Part shown: piece after piece, positions 30,317 to 40,303 of the stretch | Numbering within the stretch: the first letter of the stretch is position 1 | Layout: every line of letters begins with the position of its first letter | From: an uncultured Prevotellaceae bacterium | Lineage (GTDB): Bacteria > Bacillota_I > Bacilli_A > RFN20 > CAG-288 | DNA: 64,000 bases | Assembly: GCA_963653505.1 (NCBI GenBank) | Contig: CAVJWL010000003.1 | Location: 2,403 to 66,402 of the forward strand | Direction of reading: 5' to 3' | The notes under the pieces: generated by a model | The model's input: the letters and a program-made list of their open reading frames with translations, nothing else | Databases searched by the model: none | Told to the model about the DNA's origin: nothing | Translations under genes and position numbers: made by a program

Positions 30317-31119
30317 ACCTTTTTCCTCTTTCCACTTTGAAGATGATTAAAAACTAAAACAAGCAAGATGATGACAATTGAGACAAATATTGATAGAAGC
30401 GATCCAAAATTATAATTGTTCTTTTCGAATACTGATTGAATCAAGTTGCCAATCAATCTAACCTTTCCCTGACCGATTGTTTGAGAAATAGCAAAACCGG
30501 TTGCCGAAGGAAGAAATACCATGATGATCCCAGATGAAACTCCATTCAACGATAATGGTAATGTAACCTTAAAGAAGGTCTGAACAGGGGGAACCCCTAA
30601 ATCTTTACTAGCTTCGATCACTGATCTATCCATTTTTTCTAAAACTGTATAGATAGGGAAAATCATAAATGGAAGATAAGTAGTCACAGTGACAAATATA
30701 ACAGCAGCATTAGTTCCTATGAGATTTAAAGCACTTAAGCCATCAGTCGAAAACAATCTAAGCCAAGAAACAATTCTGAGCATTGAGTTCGACCACATCG
30801 GTAAAATGAGAAGAAGCAAGAACATCATCTTATTTTTTAAATGTGAGAAGGAGATGAAATAAGCAACTGGATATCCCAAAATGATACAAATGACAACGGT
30901 GAAGAAAGCTACAACTAATGAATTCCAAAGAGCTTTTAAAATTGAGACATCAGCCAATCTATAATAAGCATCAAAACTAGCTTGGGCATTAGAAAAGTCC
31001 ATTCCATTGCTTTTCATAAATGTCAAAATTACCATCAAAATGATTGGAAAGACAACTAAAAATATCAACCAAACCAAATAAGGAATCGCAAGATACTTAA
31101 ATCTTTTCATCTTCCTCAT
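30310..31119 (-). CDS. potB: Spermidine/putrescine ABC transporter permease
   Basis: BPD-type permease with EASKDLGVPPVQTFFKVTLP (EAA loop). Confidence 0.75.
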   Translation of the reverse strand: MRKMKRFKYLAIPYLVWLIFLVVFPIILMVILTFMKSNGMDFSNAQASFDAYYRLADVSILKALWNSLVVAFFTVVICIILGYPVAYFISFSHLKNKMMFLLLLILPMWSNSMLRIVSWLRLFSTDGLSALNLIGTNAAVIFVTVTTYLPFMIFPIYTVLEKMDRSVIEASKDLGVPPVQTFFKVTLPLSLNGVSSGIIMVFLPSATGFAISQTIGQGKVRLIGNLIQSVFEKNNYNFGSLLSIFVSIVIILLVLVFNHLQSGKRKKVC

Positions 31120-32974
31120 TCTCCTTTTCTAGTAACATCTCTTCTCTGATTTTTTGTCTCATATTTCTGATATTCTCAGGTTGTTCACTATCCTCAACTT
31201 TCATCATATGGATTTCATAGAAATCGACTTTAAGCCCGATTTTCTCACCGACTTCAACATTTTGATAATCTTGGACCATCAAAATATGGCCGTTACAATT
31301 AATCCAAAGATTGAAATTGACACCTGTGAAGGCAGTCTTTGTTACGACACCTTGAATGATTGCTGAATCAGGAATGTCTAAGACAAGATCAAAATCCTCA
31401 GGACGAATGACAATATCAACAATTTCACCAGGAATGAATGTTGTCATATAGGTTTTAAATTTTTGGCCTAAAAATGAAACATTTTGATTTCCAAGATATA
31501 CGCCTTCTATCAAATTTCCATTTTCATAATTCGCTAATAACTTAGCTTTATTTTCACTGATATCTTCGCAATAGATATTACCAGGGGCTATTGTAAGACC
31601 TATTTGAGTTCCAACTGGATATTTATCATCAGATTCAATTTTAACGATTTTATCATCAATTTTAACATCCATTTCATATTTTGAATCATCAAATGTTACT
31701 TTTTCAACTGTACCAATAAGTTTTGCAACATCTAAAGAACAAATATCAAAATCAGGTCTTTCAACAATAACATATATCTTATCGTTTGGCTTGAAGTTAT
31801 TAGCAGATACTTTAAAGGTCTTACCTAAAAAATCAAGTCTCTTTGGTGCCGAATAAACACCTCTGAACATATTGGCTTCACCGATAAAGGTGGCAACAAA
31901 ACGATTGACAGGAGTATTGTAGATATCTTCCGGTCTTCCCATCTGTTCAATTTCACCACCATTCATAACTACGATAGTATCTGACATTACCATCGCTTCT
32001 TCTTGATCATGAGTGACAAAGATGAATGTGATTCCTAACTTTCTTTGCATTTCTCTAAGTTCAAGTCTCATCGCTTTTCTAAGTTTTAAATCCAAAGCAG
32101 AGAGTGGTTCATCTAAGAGCAAAATTCGCGGTTTATTAACAATTGCTCTAGCAATTGCAATACGTTGCATTTGTCCACCAGATAAAGATGAAATATCTCT
32201 TTCTTCATAACCTTCAAGATTAACAATCTTAAGTGCGTTAGTGACTTCTTGTTTGATGACATTTTCTTTAAATCTTCGATCTGAGATTTTTTGAATCATA
32301 TCAAAACAGATATCTTGTTTAGATATTTGTTCTAATATTTCTTTTACAACTTTTTTAATTTTTTCATCTGATGAAAAATTTAAAGAAATAGTAAGGTTAT
32401 ATGAATTCAATAATTCAGAAATTTTATTTTTGGCATCATAAAAGTTTTTATATTTATTAGCCTTGATTTCATCATTGATTGCTGATTCAAATTTGTAGTA
32501 TAGCGATTTATCTTTTAAATATTCGATGATATATTTCTTGACATCGTTTGGTTTTTCTATCAAAGAACATTTTTTTGATATTTGACTTATCTCTTCTTCA
32601 TCAAAACCATTTTCTTCCATCAAATCCATCATTCCAATATCATAAACATTAGAATAGATGTTATTTCTTAAACCAAATGCGATATTATCGTAGACATTTA
32701 AATGAGGAAATAGAGCATATTTTTGAAAAACTGTATTGATAGGTCTTTTATGTGATGGTAAATTTTGAATCTCAACACCATCAAGTAAGAGTTGACCTTC
32801 TTGCATAGTCTCAAATCCGGCAATAATTCTTAAAGTAGTTGTTTTACCACATCCCGACGGTCCTAAAAAAGTAACAAATTCATTCTCGTTGATTGAGAGA
32901 TTGAGATTGTCTAAGATGACATTATCTCCATAGGCTTTTCTAACGCCTTTTAGCTCAAGAATTTTTCGTGCCAT
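31097..32974 (-). CDS. potA: Spermidine/putrescine ABC transporter ATP-binding protein with a large internal insertion
   Basis: [10 protein letters not shown]-loop VFQKYALFP, LSGGQMQR and LLLDEPLSALD motifs. 625 aa, with roughly 130 extra aa between the Q-loop region and the signature motif, plus a C-terminal TOBE-like region. Confidence 0.8.
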   Translation of the reverse strand: MARKILELKGVRKAYGDNVILDNLNLSINENEFVTFLGPSGCGKTTTLRIIAGFETMQEGQLLLDGVEIQNLPSHKRPINTVFQKYALFPHLNVYDNIAFGLRNNIYSNVYDIGMMDLMEENGFDEEEISQISKKCSLIEKPNDVKKYIIEYLKDKSLYYKFESAINDEIKANKYKNFYDAKNKISELLNSYNLTISLNFSSDEKIKKVVKEILEQISKQDICFDMIQKISDRRFKENVIKQEVTNALKIVNLEGYEERDISSLSGGQMQRIAIARAIVNKPRILLLDEPLSALDLKLRKAMRLELREMQRKLGITFIFVTHDQEEAMVMSDTIVVMNGGEIEQMGRPEDIYNTPVNRFVATFIGEANMFRGVYSAPKRLDFLGKTFKVSANNFKPNDKIYVIVERPDFDICSLDVAKLIGTVEKVTFDDSKYEMDVKIDDKIVKIESDDKYPVGTQIGLTIAPGNIYCEDISENKAKLLANYENGNLIEGVYLGNQNVSFLGQKFKTYMTTFIPGEIVDIVIRPEDFDLVLDIPDSAIIQGVVTKTAFTGVNFNLWINCNGHILMVQDYQNVEVGEKIGLKVDFYEIHMMKVEDSEQPENIRNMRQKIREEMLLEKENEEDEKI

Positions 32975-33148
32975 TTCTTTACCTTATGTATGCCTCCATT
33001 CAGTCACAAAAAGTAAGGGTATTTTTTATGCAACAAAATTATAGACTTATTATTTTCTAATGCAATGATAATTTTATTAAATTTTAAAATTACTATTTAA
33101 GATAAAAAATAAAGGTCATTCAATAGCCTTGAATTTTCAATCAATCAT

Positions 33149-33598
33149 TTATATTTTTGAATTTAAAATCATCTTTATATGTAAAATTCCATCTTCTAAA
33201 TATGGATCCGATACTTGAACAAATCCGATATTTTCATAAAATGGCTTTGCGTATAATTGAGCTCCGATTTTTATTTTATCAGTGTCAAATTTTTCTCTTA
33301 CAATCTTAATAGCTTCTTTGACAACAACAGTTCCATATCCACATCTTCTTTTTAAACAGATCACCCTTCCAATAGATGCTTCATCTTTATATGAAACACC
33401 GATTGGAATAGCTCTACAATATGCGACAACATCACCATTTTCATCTTCTAACCAAAGATGAAAGGAGTTCAAATCAATATTATCAATATCTTGATATGGG
33501 CAATTTTGTTCAACGACAAAAACTTCCATTCTTGCTTTATAGATTTTATATAAGTCCATAGTAGATAGTTCATTAAATGCTTTGATATTTAATTTCAT
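33149..33598 (-). CDS. GNAT-family N-acetyltransferase (ElaA-like)
   Basis: 149 aa. VFVVEQNCPYQDIDNIDL...HLW and RRCGYG acetyl-CoA-binding-type motifs. Confidence 0.65.
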   Translation of the reverse strand: MKLNIKAFNELSTMDLYKIYKARMEVFVVEQNCPYQDIDNIDLNSFHLWLEDENGDVVAYCRAIPIGVSYKDEASIGRVICLKRRCGYGTVVVKEAIKIVREKFDTDKIKIGAQLYAKPFYENIGFVQVSDPYLEDGILHIKMILNSKI

Positions 33599-33757
33599 AA
33601 TTCAAACTCCTTACTAATATAGAAAAATCATCTTTGCTATTATAAACATCGAAGAGAGACTTCGTAAACCATTCAACTTATAAAATATACCTTTCACCTT
33701 AAATTTGTGTTTTTTTAAAGAATAAGGATTATAGTCTTTAATTGTTAGGAGGATATC

Positions 33758-34201
33758 ATGAAACTTTATGTCTTTATAGATGATGAAGAAGAAAATGTGA
33801 CAGTACATTGTCATGAAAGAAATGTATTAGTCGACAAAATAGAAGCATTAGTATTAGATGATAAAAATGTGATAGAAGGTAAAAACTGCTTTGGGTATTT
33901 AGAAAATGAGATTATCCCACTAAAAATTAGCAATATCACAATATTTTATACCAAAGAGGAAAAGACCTATGCATCAATTGAAGGAAAAACATACAAAATT
34001 AAAAAGAGATTGTATCAAGTTGAAGAAATGCTAAGTAATGATTTCATCAAAATCAATAAGTCTTGTATCATCAATAAAAATCATATCAAAAAATTTGATA
34101 CTTCTTGGAGCGGCACCTTATCAGTTGAATTAGATAATGGAATAAAAGAATATGTTTCAAGACGTATGATTAAAAATCTAAAAGAAAGGATGGGTTTATA
34201 A
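33758..34201 (+). CDS. LytTR-family DNA-binding protein (no receiver domain)
   Basis: 147 aa. The C-terminal FIKINKSCIINKNHIKKFD...YVSRR pattern is typical of LytTR domains. SD AGGAGG. Confidence 0.7.
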   Translation: MKLYVFIDDEEENVTVHCHERNVLVDKIEALVLDDKNVIEGKNCFGYLENEIIPLKISNITIFYTKEEKTYASIEGKTYKIKKRLYQVEEMLSNDFIKINKSCIINKNHIKKFDTSWSGTLSVELDNGIKEYVSRRMIKNLKERMGL

Positions 34202-34202
34202 A

Positions 34203-34625
34203 ATGAATAAATATTTAAAAGAATTTTTGCATCGTGGATTGATGTTTGGTGGCTTTGGACCGATGATTGCTGGACTAGTATATATGATTATCGATTTAAC
34301 AGGTACAAAATTAGATTTAGCAGGATGGCAAATATTTGTAGCGATAATAACTTCTTATTTGCTAGGTTTCATTCAAGCTGGTTCATCAATCTTTGAACAA
34401 ATAGAAGAATGGTCGATTTTCAAATCAGCTTTCATCCATCTCATTTCTATTTATTCAATTTACATATTTACATACTTAGTAAATTCTTGGATTCCCTTTG
34501 ATTGGAAAGTCATTCTTATTTTTTCTTCTATAGTGATAGTTGGATTTTTAGCAATTTGGTTGATCGGATATTTGATAACTTCAAAATGTTCAAAAAAATT
34601 AAATGATAAAGTTAAGAAGAACTAA
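34203..34625 (+). CDS. Four-TM membrane protein coupled to the LytTR gene (DUF3021-like)
   Basis: 140 aa with four hydrophobic segments. Starts 1 nt after the LytTR stop. Confidence 0.5.
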   Translation: MNKYLKEFLHRGLMFGGFGPMIAGLVYMIIDLTGTKLDLAGWQIFVAIITSYLLGFIQAGSSIFEQIEEWSIFKSAFIHLISIYSIYIFTYLVNSWIPFDWKVILIFSSIVIVGFLAIWLIGYLITSKCSKKLNDKVKKN

Positions 34626-34954
34626 TTACAAATTTGATGTATAAAATATGCTTATAAATTTAATTACGCTTTATGAAATATAAAAAAGTTTATATTATGT
34701 AATTATTACATATATTTTTTAAAAAACGAAAATTAGTAACTGATTTTAAAAAGCATTTTTATATATATCAATGATAAACTATCTATTCTACTTCCAAAAT
34801 CATGTAACTAAAAATAATATTTTACGTAGGAACATAATTAAATTTTATGTTAATTGATTTTAAGCAGCTTTTACAAATCTATAATTTTTCTTCCGTTTAA
34901 AAATAAAATTTGCTAAACTAGTGTAGTTTTAAAATAGAAAGGATAATATTTATT

Positions 34955-35344
34955 ATGAAAACTGTAATTAAAGTATTCGAAATTATTTCTATCATCGGTA
35001 AGGCAATCTCTACAATCATCTGTTTAATTTTTTCATTCTCCTGCTTTGCAGCAAGCAAAACTCTTATTGATGAATTCATCAAAAGTGGAAGTGCTAAAAA
35101 CGAAGAAGAAGCGAAAGCAGCTCTTGCAGTAGCAGCTGTATTTTTGATTATTTTAGCTATATACTCAATTCTCAGCCTTGTACTCTCTGTCGTCACCTTA
35201 GTCAAGCTCAAGAATATGACAAAGAAACCTATCGCTCTTGGTGTTTTAAACATCTTGTTCGCAAGTTTAATCTCTGGCATTTGTCTCTTGATCCTCGATC
35301 CAGCTTCCGAAACTAGCGTTTACAACGAAAACAACTATAGATAA
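34955..35344 (+). CDS. Small membrane protein, function unknown
   Basis: 129 aa with three to four TM segments. AAAGGA is upstream and a TetR gene follows on the same strand. The antisense ORF 34918..35280 is judged spurious. Confidence 0.5.
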   Translation: MKTVIKVFEIISIIGKAISTIICLIFSFSCFAASKTLIDEFIKSGSAKNEEEAKAALAVAAVFLIILAIYSILSLVLSVVTLVKLKNMTKKPIALGVLNILFASLISGICLLILDPASETSVYNENNYR

Positions 35345-35365
35345 TAACATTTAAGAATTTTCTTT

Positions 35366-35926
35366 ATGGCCAATGAGTTAACTAAAAAAGCATTAGAACA
35401 AGCTTTTTTACAACTTCTTTCTGAAAAACCTTTTAAAAAGATAACAGTTTCGGACATCACTAATAAATGTGGTGTCAATAGAATGACATTTTATTATCAC
35501 TTTGAAGATGTATACGACATTCTTGATTACACTCTAAAATTTGAAAGTCAAAAAGTCCTTAACGGAAAATATGAAAGTGATACTTGGAATAGAGGTATGG
35601 AAAATATCTTCATTATGTGTCTTAAATATAAGGATTTATTGATCAATGCTTATAAATTCAATTCTAGAGGTAACGTTGAAGAAATCCTTGATCCTATTGT
35701 ATTTCAACTCACCTATCATGTAGTTAAAGAAGAATCAGATGGACATAATGTCAAAGAAGAAAATCTCATTTTTGTCGCTAATGCTTATAAACATCTTTTG
35801 ATCGGTATCGTTCTTGATTGGATCAATGATAATATGAAAGTAGATTATCATATAATCTTAAAAAAGATTGAATTGATGTTGACTGGTGAAACTGAATGGG
35901 TTTTATCAAAATTCGAAAACGAATGA
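35366..35926 (+). CDS. TetR/AcrR-family transcriptional regulator
   Basis: ITVSDITNKCGVNRMTFYYHFEDVYD HTH region. 186 aa. Confidence 0.8.
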   Translation: MANELTKKALEQAFLQLLSEKPFKKITVSDITNKCGVNRMTFYYHFEDVYDILDYTLKFESQKVLNGKYESDTWNRGMENIFIMCLKYKDLLINAYKFNSRGNVEEILDPIVFQLTYHVVKEESDGHNVKEENLIFVANAYKHLLIGIVLDWINDNMKVDYHIILKKIELMLTGETEWVLSKFENE

Positions 35927-35934
35927 ACTATCAG

Positions 35935-35958
35935 CCTCCTCACTTGAGGAGGTTTTTT
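35935..35958 (+). terminator. Rho-independent terminator after the TetR gene
   Basis: cctcctc-actt-gaggagg stem followed by TTTTTT. Confidence 0.7.
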
Positions 35959-36098
35959 ATCATTTTTGTTTTTTTGATAAAAATTTATACAATTTAAATC
36001 CCTTGATTATTTTTTTATCAACTTACAAATATTGTCCATTTGTTTTATATTTCTTGAAAGCTACAATAATATCACTAAGAATAAAGGGGGAACACAAA

Positions 36099-37880
36099 AT
36101 GTATTATTCTAGTGGAACTTATGAAGCATTTGCACATCCAGAAAAACCAAAAGACGCAGATAAAAAATCCGCATATATCGTCGGATCAGGACTTGCTGGT
36201 TTGTCAGCTGCATTCTATCTTGTAAGAGATGGTCAAGTCAAAGGAGAAAAGGTTCACATTCTTGAAACCCTTCCTCGTTCAGGTGGTTCTTGTGATGGTT
36301 ATCACGATATCACTAAAGGTTTCTATATGAGAGGTGGTAGAGAAATGGATAACCATTTCGAAGTCATGTGGGATTTATATCGTGATGTTCCATCTATTGA
36401 AAACGAAAATGTAACTGTTTTAGATGAATATTATTGGTTGAATAAGCACGATCCTAATTACTCACTTTGCAGAGCTACTGAAAATAGAGGACAAGACGCT
36501 CATACCGATAACAAATTCAATCTCGATAAAGAAGCTCAAAGACAATTATTAAAATTGTATTTGACTCCAGAAAAAGATTTAGAAGATAAGAAGATATCTG
36601 AATGTTTCGATGATCATTTTTGGAAGAGTAATTTCTGGCTTTATTGGCAAACAATGTTTGCCTTCCAACGCTGGTCAAGCGCTCTTGAAATGAAACGTTA
36701 TATCCAACGTTATGTTCATCATATCGATGGACTTCCAGATTTCTCTGCTTTGAGATTCACAAAATATAATCAATATGAATCTATGATCTTACCTCTTCAA
36801 AAGTATCTTGAAAAAAGAGGCGTCATCTTTGAATTCAATGTCAAAGTAACTGATTGCAAAATTGAAACAAAAGGCGATAAGAAAGTAGTAACATCTATCA
36901 CATTAGAAAGAGATGATAACACTGAAACAAAGACTTTAACTGAAGATGATTTCTTCATCGTAACCAATGGTTGTTGTACTGATGTCTCCTGTTATGGCGA
37001 TAATGATACAGCCCCAGATATCTCTAATGTCAAACCGAATATAGGTGATGGCTGGAATCTTTGGGAGAAGATTGCCGCTCAAGGAAAAGAATTCGGTAAT
37101 CCAAAAGCTTTCTCTTCAAATATTGAAGAGACAAACTGGATGTCTGCATCTGTATATACAACAAATACAAGAGTCATCGAACTCATCAAAAAGATCTGTA
37201 AGCGTGATCCATTAGCTGGTAAAGTCACAACTGGCGGTATTGTTTCAGTCAAAGATTCCTTCGATAATTGGGGATTATCTTGGACTATCAACCGTCAACC
37301 GCAATTCAAAGAACAACCAAAAGGCAGTGTCATCGTTTGGTTATATTCTTTAAATACCAACAAAGAAGGCAATTATGTAAAGAAAGCAATGCGCAATTGC
37401 ACAGGTAGAGAGATCACCAAAGAATGGCTCTATCATATCGGAGCTGATTTAGATGAAATCGAAGAACTCAGCAAAGAATGCAACACTACCACTTGCTTTA
37501 TGCCATATATCAACGCTTTCTTCCAACCAAGAAAGAATTCCGATAGACCTAAAGTAGTACCACAAGGATGTGTCAATTTAGCATTTGTCGGACAATTTGC
37601 AGAAACGCCAAGAGATACTATTTTCACAACTGAATATTCAATTAGAACTGGTATGGAAGCAGTTTATACCCTCATGGACATCGATAGAGCCGTTCCTGAA
37701 GTTTGGGGTTCTTGCTATGATGTCAGAGAGATGTTGAGAGCTACTTATTATGCTTTAGACAAGAAAAAAATTCTCGATTCTGATTTGAGTTGGAAAGAAA
37801 AAATCGTCTTAAAGAAAGTTTTATCAAGTATCAAAGATACTGATATCGAACTTTGGTTAAAAGATTCTAAACTCATCTAA
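36099..37880 (+). CDS. ohyA: Oleate hydratase (MCRA / myosin cross-reactive antigen family)
   Basis: MYYSSGTYEAFAHPEKP...KSAYIVGSGLAGLSAAFYLVRDG matches the MCRA N-terminus and FAD motif. 593 aa. AAAGGGGG SD; the track's 35886 start is an unsupported extension. Confidence 0.85.
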   Translation: MYYSSGTYEAFAHPEKPKDADKKSAYIVGSGLAGLSAAFYLVRDGQVKGEKVHILETLPRSGGSCDGYHDITKGFYMRGGREMDNHFEVMWDLYRDVPSIENENVTVLDEYYWLNKHDPNYSLCRATENRGQDAHTDNKFNLDKEAQRQLLKLYLTPEKDLEDKKISECFDDHFWKSNFWLYWQTMFAFQRWSSALEMKRYIQRYVHHIDGLPDFSALRFTKYNQYESMILPLQKYLEKRGVIFEFNVKVTDCKIETKGDKKVVTSITLERDDNTETKTLTEDDFFIVTNGCCTDVSCYGDNDTAPDISNVKPNIGDGWNLWEKIAAQGKEFGNPKAFSSNIEETNWMSASVYTTNTRVIELIKKICKRDPLAGKVTTGGIVSVKDSFDNWGLSWTINRQPQFKEQPKGSVIVWLYSLNTNKEGNYVKKAMRNCTGREITKEWLYHIGADLDEIEELSKECNTTTCFMPYINAFFQPRKNSDRPKVVPQGCVNLAFVGQFAETPRDTIFTTEYSIRTGMEAVYTLMDIDRAVPEVWGSCYDVREMLRATYYALDKKKILDSDLSWKEKIVLKKVLSSIKDTDIELWLKDSKLI

Positions 37881-37884
37881 TGAT

Positions 37885-37914
37885 AAGGCTGTCGTTTAAC
37901 GACAGCCTTTATTA
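37885..37914 (+). terminator. Terminator hairpin after ohyA
   Basis: aaggctgtcg-tttaa-cgacagcctt perfect 10-bp stem with a weak T tail. Confidence 0.6.
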
Positions 37915-37999
37915 TATATAACTAACTTTCTTGAACTTATTTATAAAAAACATTCAATTTTGTAATATAATAAGTTTTGAATTTTAAGGAGGCACTTAT

Positions 38000-39904
38000 A
38001 TGTCTACAAATGTCCGTATCCAAGATGATCTCTACCAAGCTGTCAATGGTGAATGGTTAGAAAAAGCAGTCATTCCTGAAGATAGAAGTACTGCCGGCGG
38101 TTTTAGTGAACTCGATCAAGAAGTCGAAAGAAAACTCATGGCTGATTTCAAAGACTTTGCTAACGGAAATAAAACAACTGATATTCCTGAAATGAAGGAT
38201 GCCATCAAACTCTACAATAAAACATTAAATGTCAAAAAAAGGAATGAAGAAGGAATCAAACCTGTTCTTCCTATTTTAAATAAAATTCTTTCAATCAAAA
38301 GTGTTGAACAATTGAATGATGAAGCTTATGACCTTATGTTAGATGGTGTTGATCTTCCAATCAATTTTGGTGTAGAAACCGATATGCAAGATGCAACTAT
38401 CAACAGTTTTGTAATCACCGGACCAAATATCATTCTTCCAGATACCACCTATTATGATGATAGTAATCCAGCGAAAGAGAAACTTCTTGCCATCTATAAA
38501 GATATGGCAAAAAAAGCCTTGGCATTGACTGATTTATCCGCTGAATTACAAGAGACAATTTTAAATGATACCTTATCATTCGATGCTCTTGTAGCTAAAG
38601 AAGTAAAGAGTCAATTAGAATGGGCAGACTATGTCAACAACTACAATCCTATGAGTTTAGATGAATTAGCTTCACTTCTCTTACCATTCGATTTCAAAGG
38701 ATTGTTAAAGAAGATTTATGGTGATAAGACACCATCTCAAGTCATTGTCTTTGATCCAAAAGCTATCAAGAATTTCAACAATTATTTTTCAAGTGAACAT
38801 TTAGAAGAATATATCCACTGGACATATTTAAATTGCTTACTTTCAAATTCTTCATTATTGAGTGAAGAATTATATGAAATAGGAAAGCTCTATACCCGTG
38901 CTTTAAGAGGTATCGATAAAAATCCTGTCATCGAAAAACAAGCCTATCAAAGAGTTTCTAATATTTTCTCTGAACCAATCGGTGTCTATTATGGAAGAAC
39001 ATATTTCGGTGAAGAAGCCAAAAAAGATGTTGTTTCTATCGTCAAAAAGATCATTGAAATGTATAAAGAAAGAATGAAGAATAATTCTTTCTTAAAAGAA
39101 GAAACCAAGAAAAAAGCTATTTTAAAATTGGATACTATCGTCATCAAGATGGGATATCCAGACAAAATCGATGAATATTATTCAAAATTAAAAGTCGACG
39201 ATAATGATTCCCTTTTCGACAGTATGAATAAGATTGTCAAAATCAAGATTTTACACAATCTTGAAGAACTCAATAAACCAGTCGATCGTACCTTATGGGC
39301 AATGCCAGGTCATTTAGTCAATGCTTGCTATAATCCAAGCAGTAATGATATCACTTTCCCAGCTGCAATCCTTCAAAAACCATTCTATTCATTAGATCAA
39401 TCAGTTTCACAAAATTTAGGTGGTATCGGTGCAGTTATCGGACACGAAATCTCTCATGCTTTCGATAATAATGGTGCCCAATTTGATGAAAAAGGAAATC
39501 TTTTCAATTGGTGGAGCAAAGAAGATTACGATGCTTTCAAACAATTGACTGAAAAGATGATCAAAGAATGGGATGGAATTCCATTCCATGGTGGTAAAGT
39601 CAACGGAAAACTCATCGTCAGTGAAAACATCGCTGATAACGGTGGTCTTTCCGTCACTCTTGCAATCATGCATACCTTAAAAGATGCTGATTATCAAGAA
39701 TACTTCAAAAACTGGGCAAGAGTCTGGTGTATGAAGGCAAAAGAAGAATATATCCTTCTTCTTTTGACAAATGATGTCCATGCACCTGCTGAGCTCAGAG
39801 CAAATATTCAACCGAGAAATTTCAGCGAATGGTATAGTGCTTTTGATGTTAAAGAAACTGATAAGATGTATATCGCTCCTGAAGATAGAGTTACAATTTG
39901 GTAA
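38000..39904 (+). CDS. pepO: M13-family zinc metalloendopeptidase (PepO/neprilysin-like)
   Basis: HEISHAFD (HExxH) and ENIADNGG motifs. 634 aa. SD AAGGAGG. Confidence 0.85.
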   Translation: MSTNVRIQDDLYQAVNGEWLEKAVIPEDRSTAGGFSELDQEVERKLMADFKDFANGNKTTDIPEMKDAIKLYNKTLNVKKRNEEGIKPVLPILNKILSIKSVEQLNDEAYDLMLDGVDLPINFGVETDMQDATINSFVITGPNIILPDTTYYDDSNPAKEKLLAIYKDMAKKALALTDLSAELQETILNDTLSFDALVAKEVKSQLEWADYVNNYNPMSLDELASLLLPFDFKGLLKKIYGDKTPSQVIVFDPKAIKNFNNYFSSEHLEEYIHWTYLNCLLSNSSLLSEELYEIGKLYTRALRGIDKNPVIEKQAYQRVSNIFSEPIGVYYGRTYFGEEAKKDVVSIVKKIIEMYKERMKNNSFLKEETKKKAILKLDTIVIKMGYPDKIDEYYSKLKVDDNDSLFDSMNKIVKIKILHNLEELNKPVDRTLWAMPGHLVNACYNPSSNDITFPAAILQKPFYSLDQSVSQNLGGIGAVIGHEISHAFDNNGAQFDEKGNLFNWWSKEDYDAFKQLTEKMIKEWDGIPFHGGKVNGKLIVSENIADNGGLSVTLAIMHTLKDADYQEYFKNWARVWCMKAKEEYILLLLTNDVHAPAELRANIQPRNFSEWYSAFDVKETDKMYIAPEDRVTIW

Positions 39905-39934
39905 TCTAAAAATTTCATGTTACAATAATTTTGT

Positions 39935-40303
39935 ATGAACAAATTAAAAGAAAAAATATTATCCTTTTCTATCGGTGAAAAAATATCATTAGTTTTAGTC
40001 TTGATATTTACAATAATCGGTTTTTATCTAGCCATAAATATGAATATCAAAATAGCATCTGGTTTAACTCTATTTGGAAACGCAAATAGTTTTAAAGATG
40101 GAGTCATTGAATCAACAAATCCTAGTTACAGCGATTATTTGATTACAATTTTGATTTATATTCTTTCATTTGTATTACTTTTTTATCTTGTCTTTGTCTT
40201 ATTCATCAAAAAGATAGAAAGAAAAAAGATAATAAGAAAAGAAATTGTCAACGGAAAGACAGTAATCCTTGAAGATACTGATAAGGAAGAAAAGAATGAC
40301 TGA
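39935..40303 (+). CDS. Two-TM membrane protein, function unknown
   Basis: 122 aa with two hydrophobic segments and a charged C-terminal tail. Confidence 0.4.
   Translation: MNKLKEKILSFSIGEKISLVLVLIFTIIGFYLAINMNIKIASGLTLFGNANSFKDGVIESTNPSYSDYLITILIYILSFVLLFYLVFVLFIKKIERKKIIRKEIVNGKTVILEDTDKEEKND

Noticed and set aside
34918-35280. 120-aa minus-strand ORF antisense to the 34955..35344 membrane-protein ORF.
   Set aside because: The plus-strand ORF has an SD-like AAAGGA, is co-oriented with the downstream TetR gene and has clean TM segments. The minus-strand ORF has no SD and would collide with that unit.
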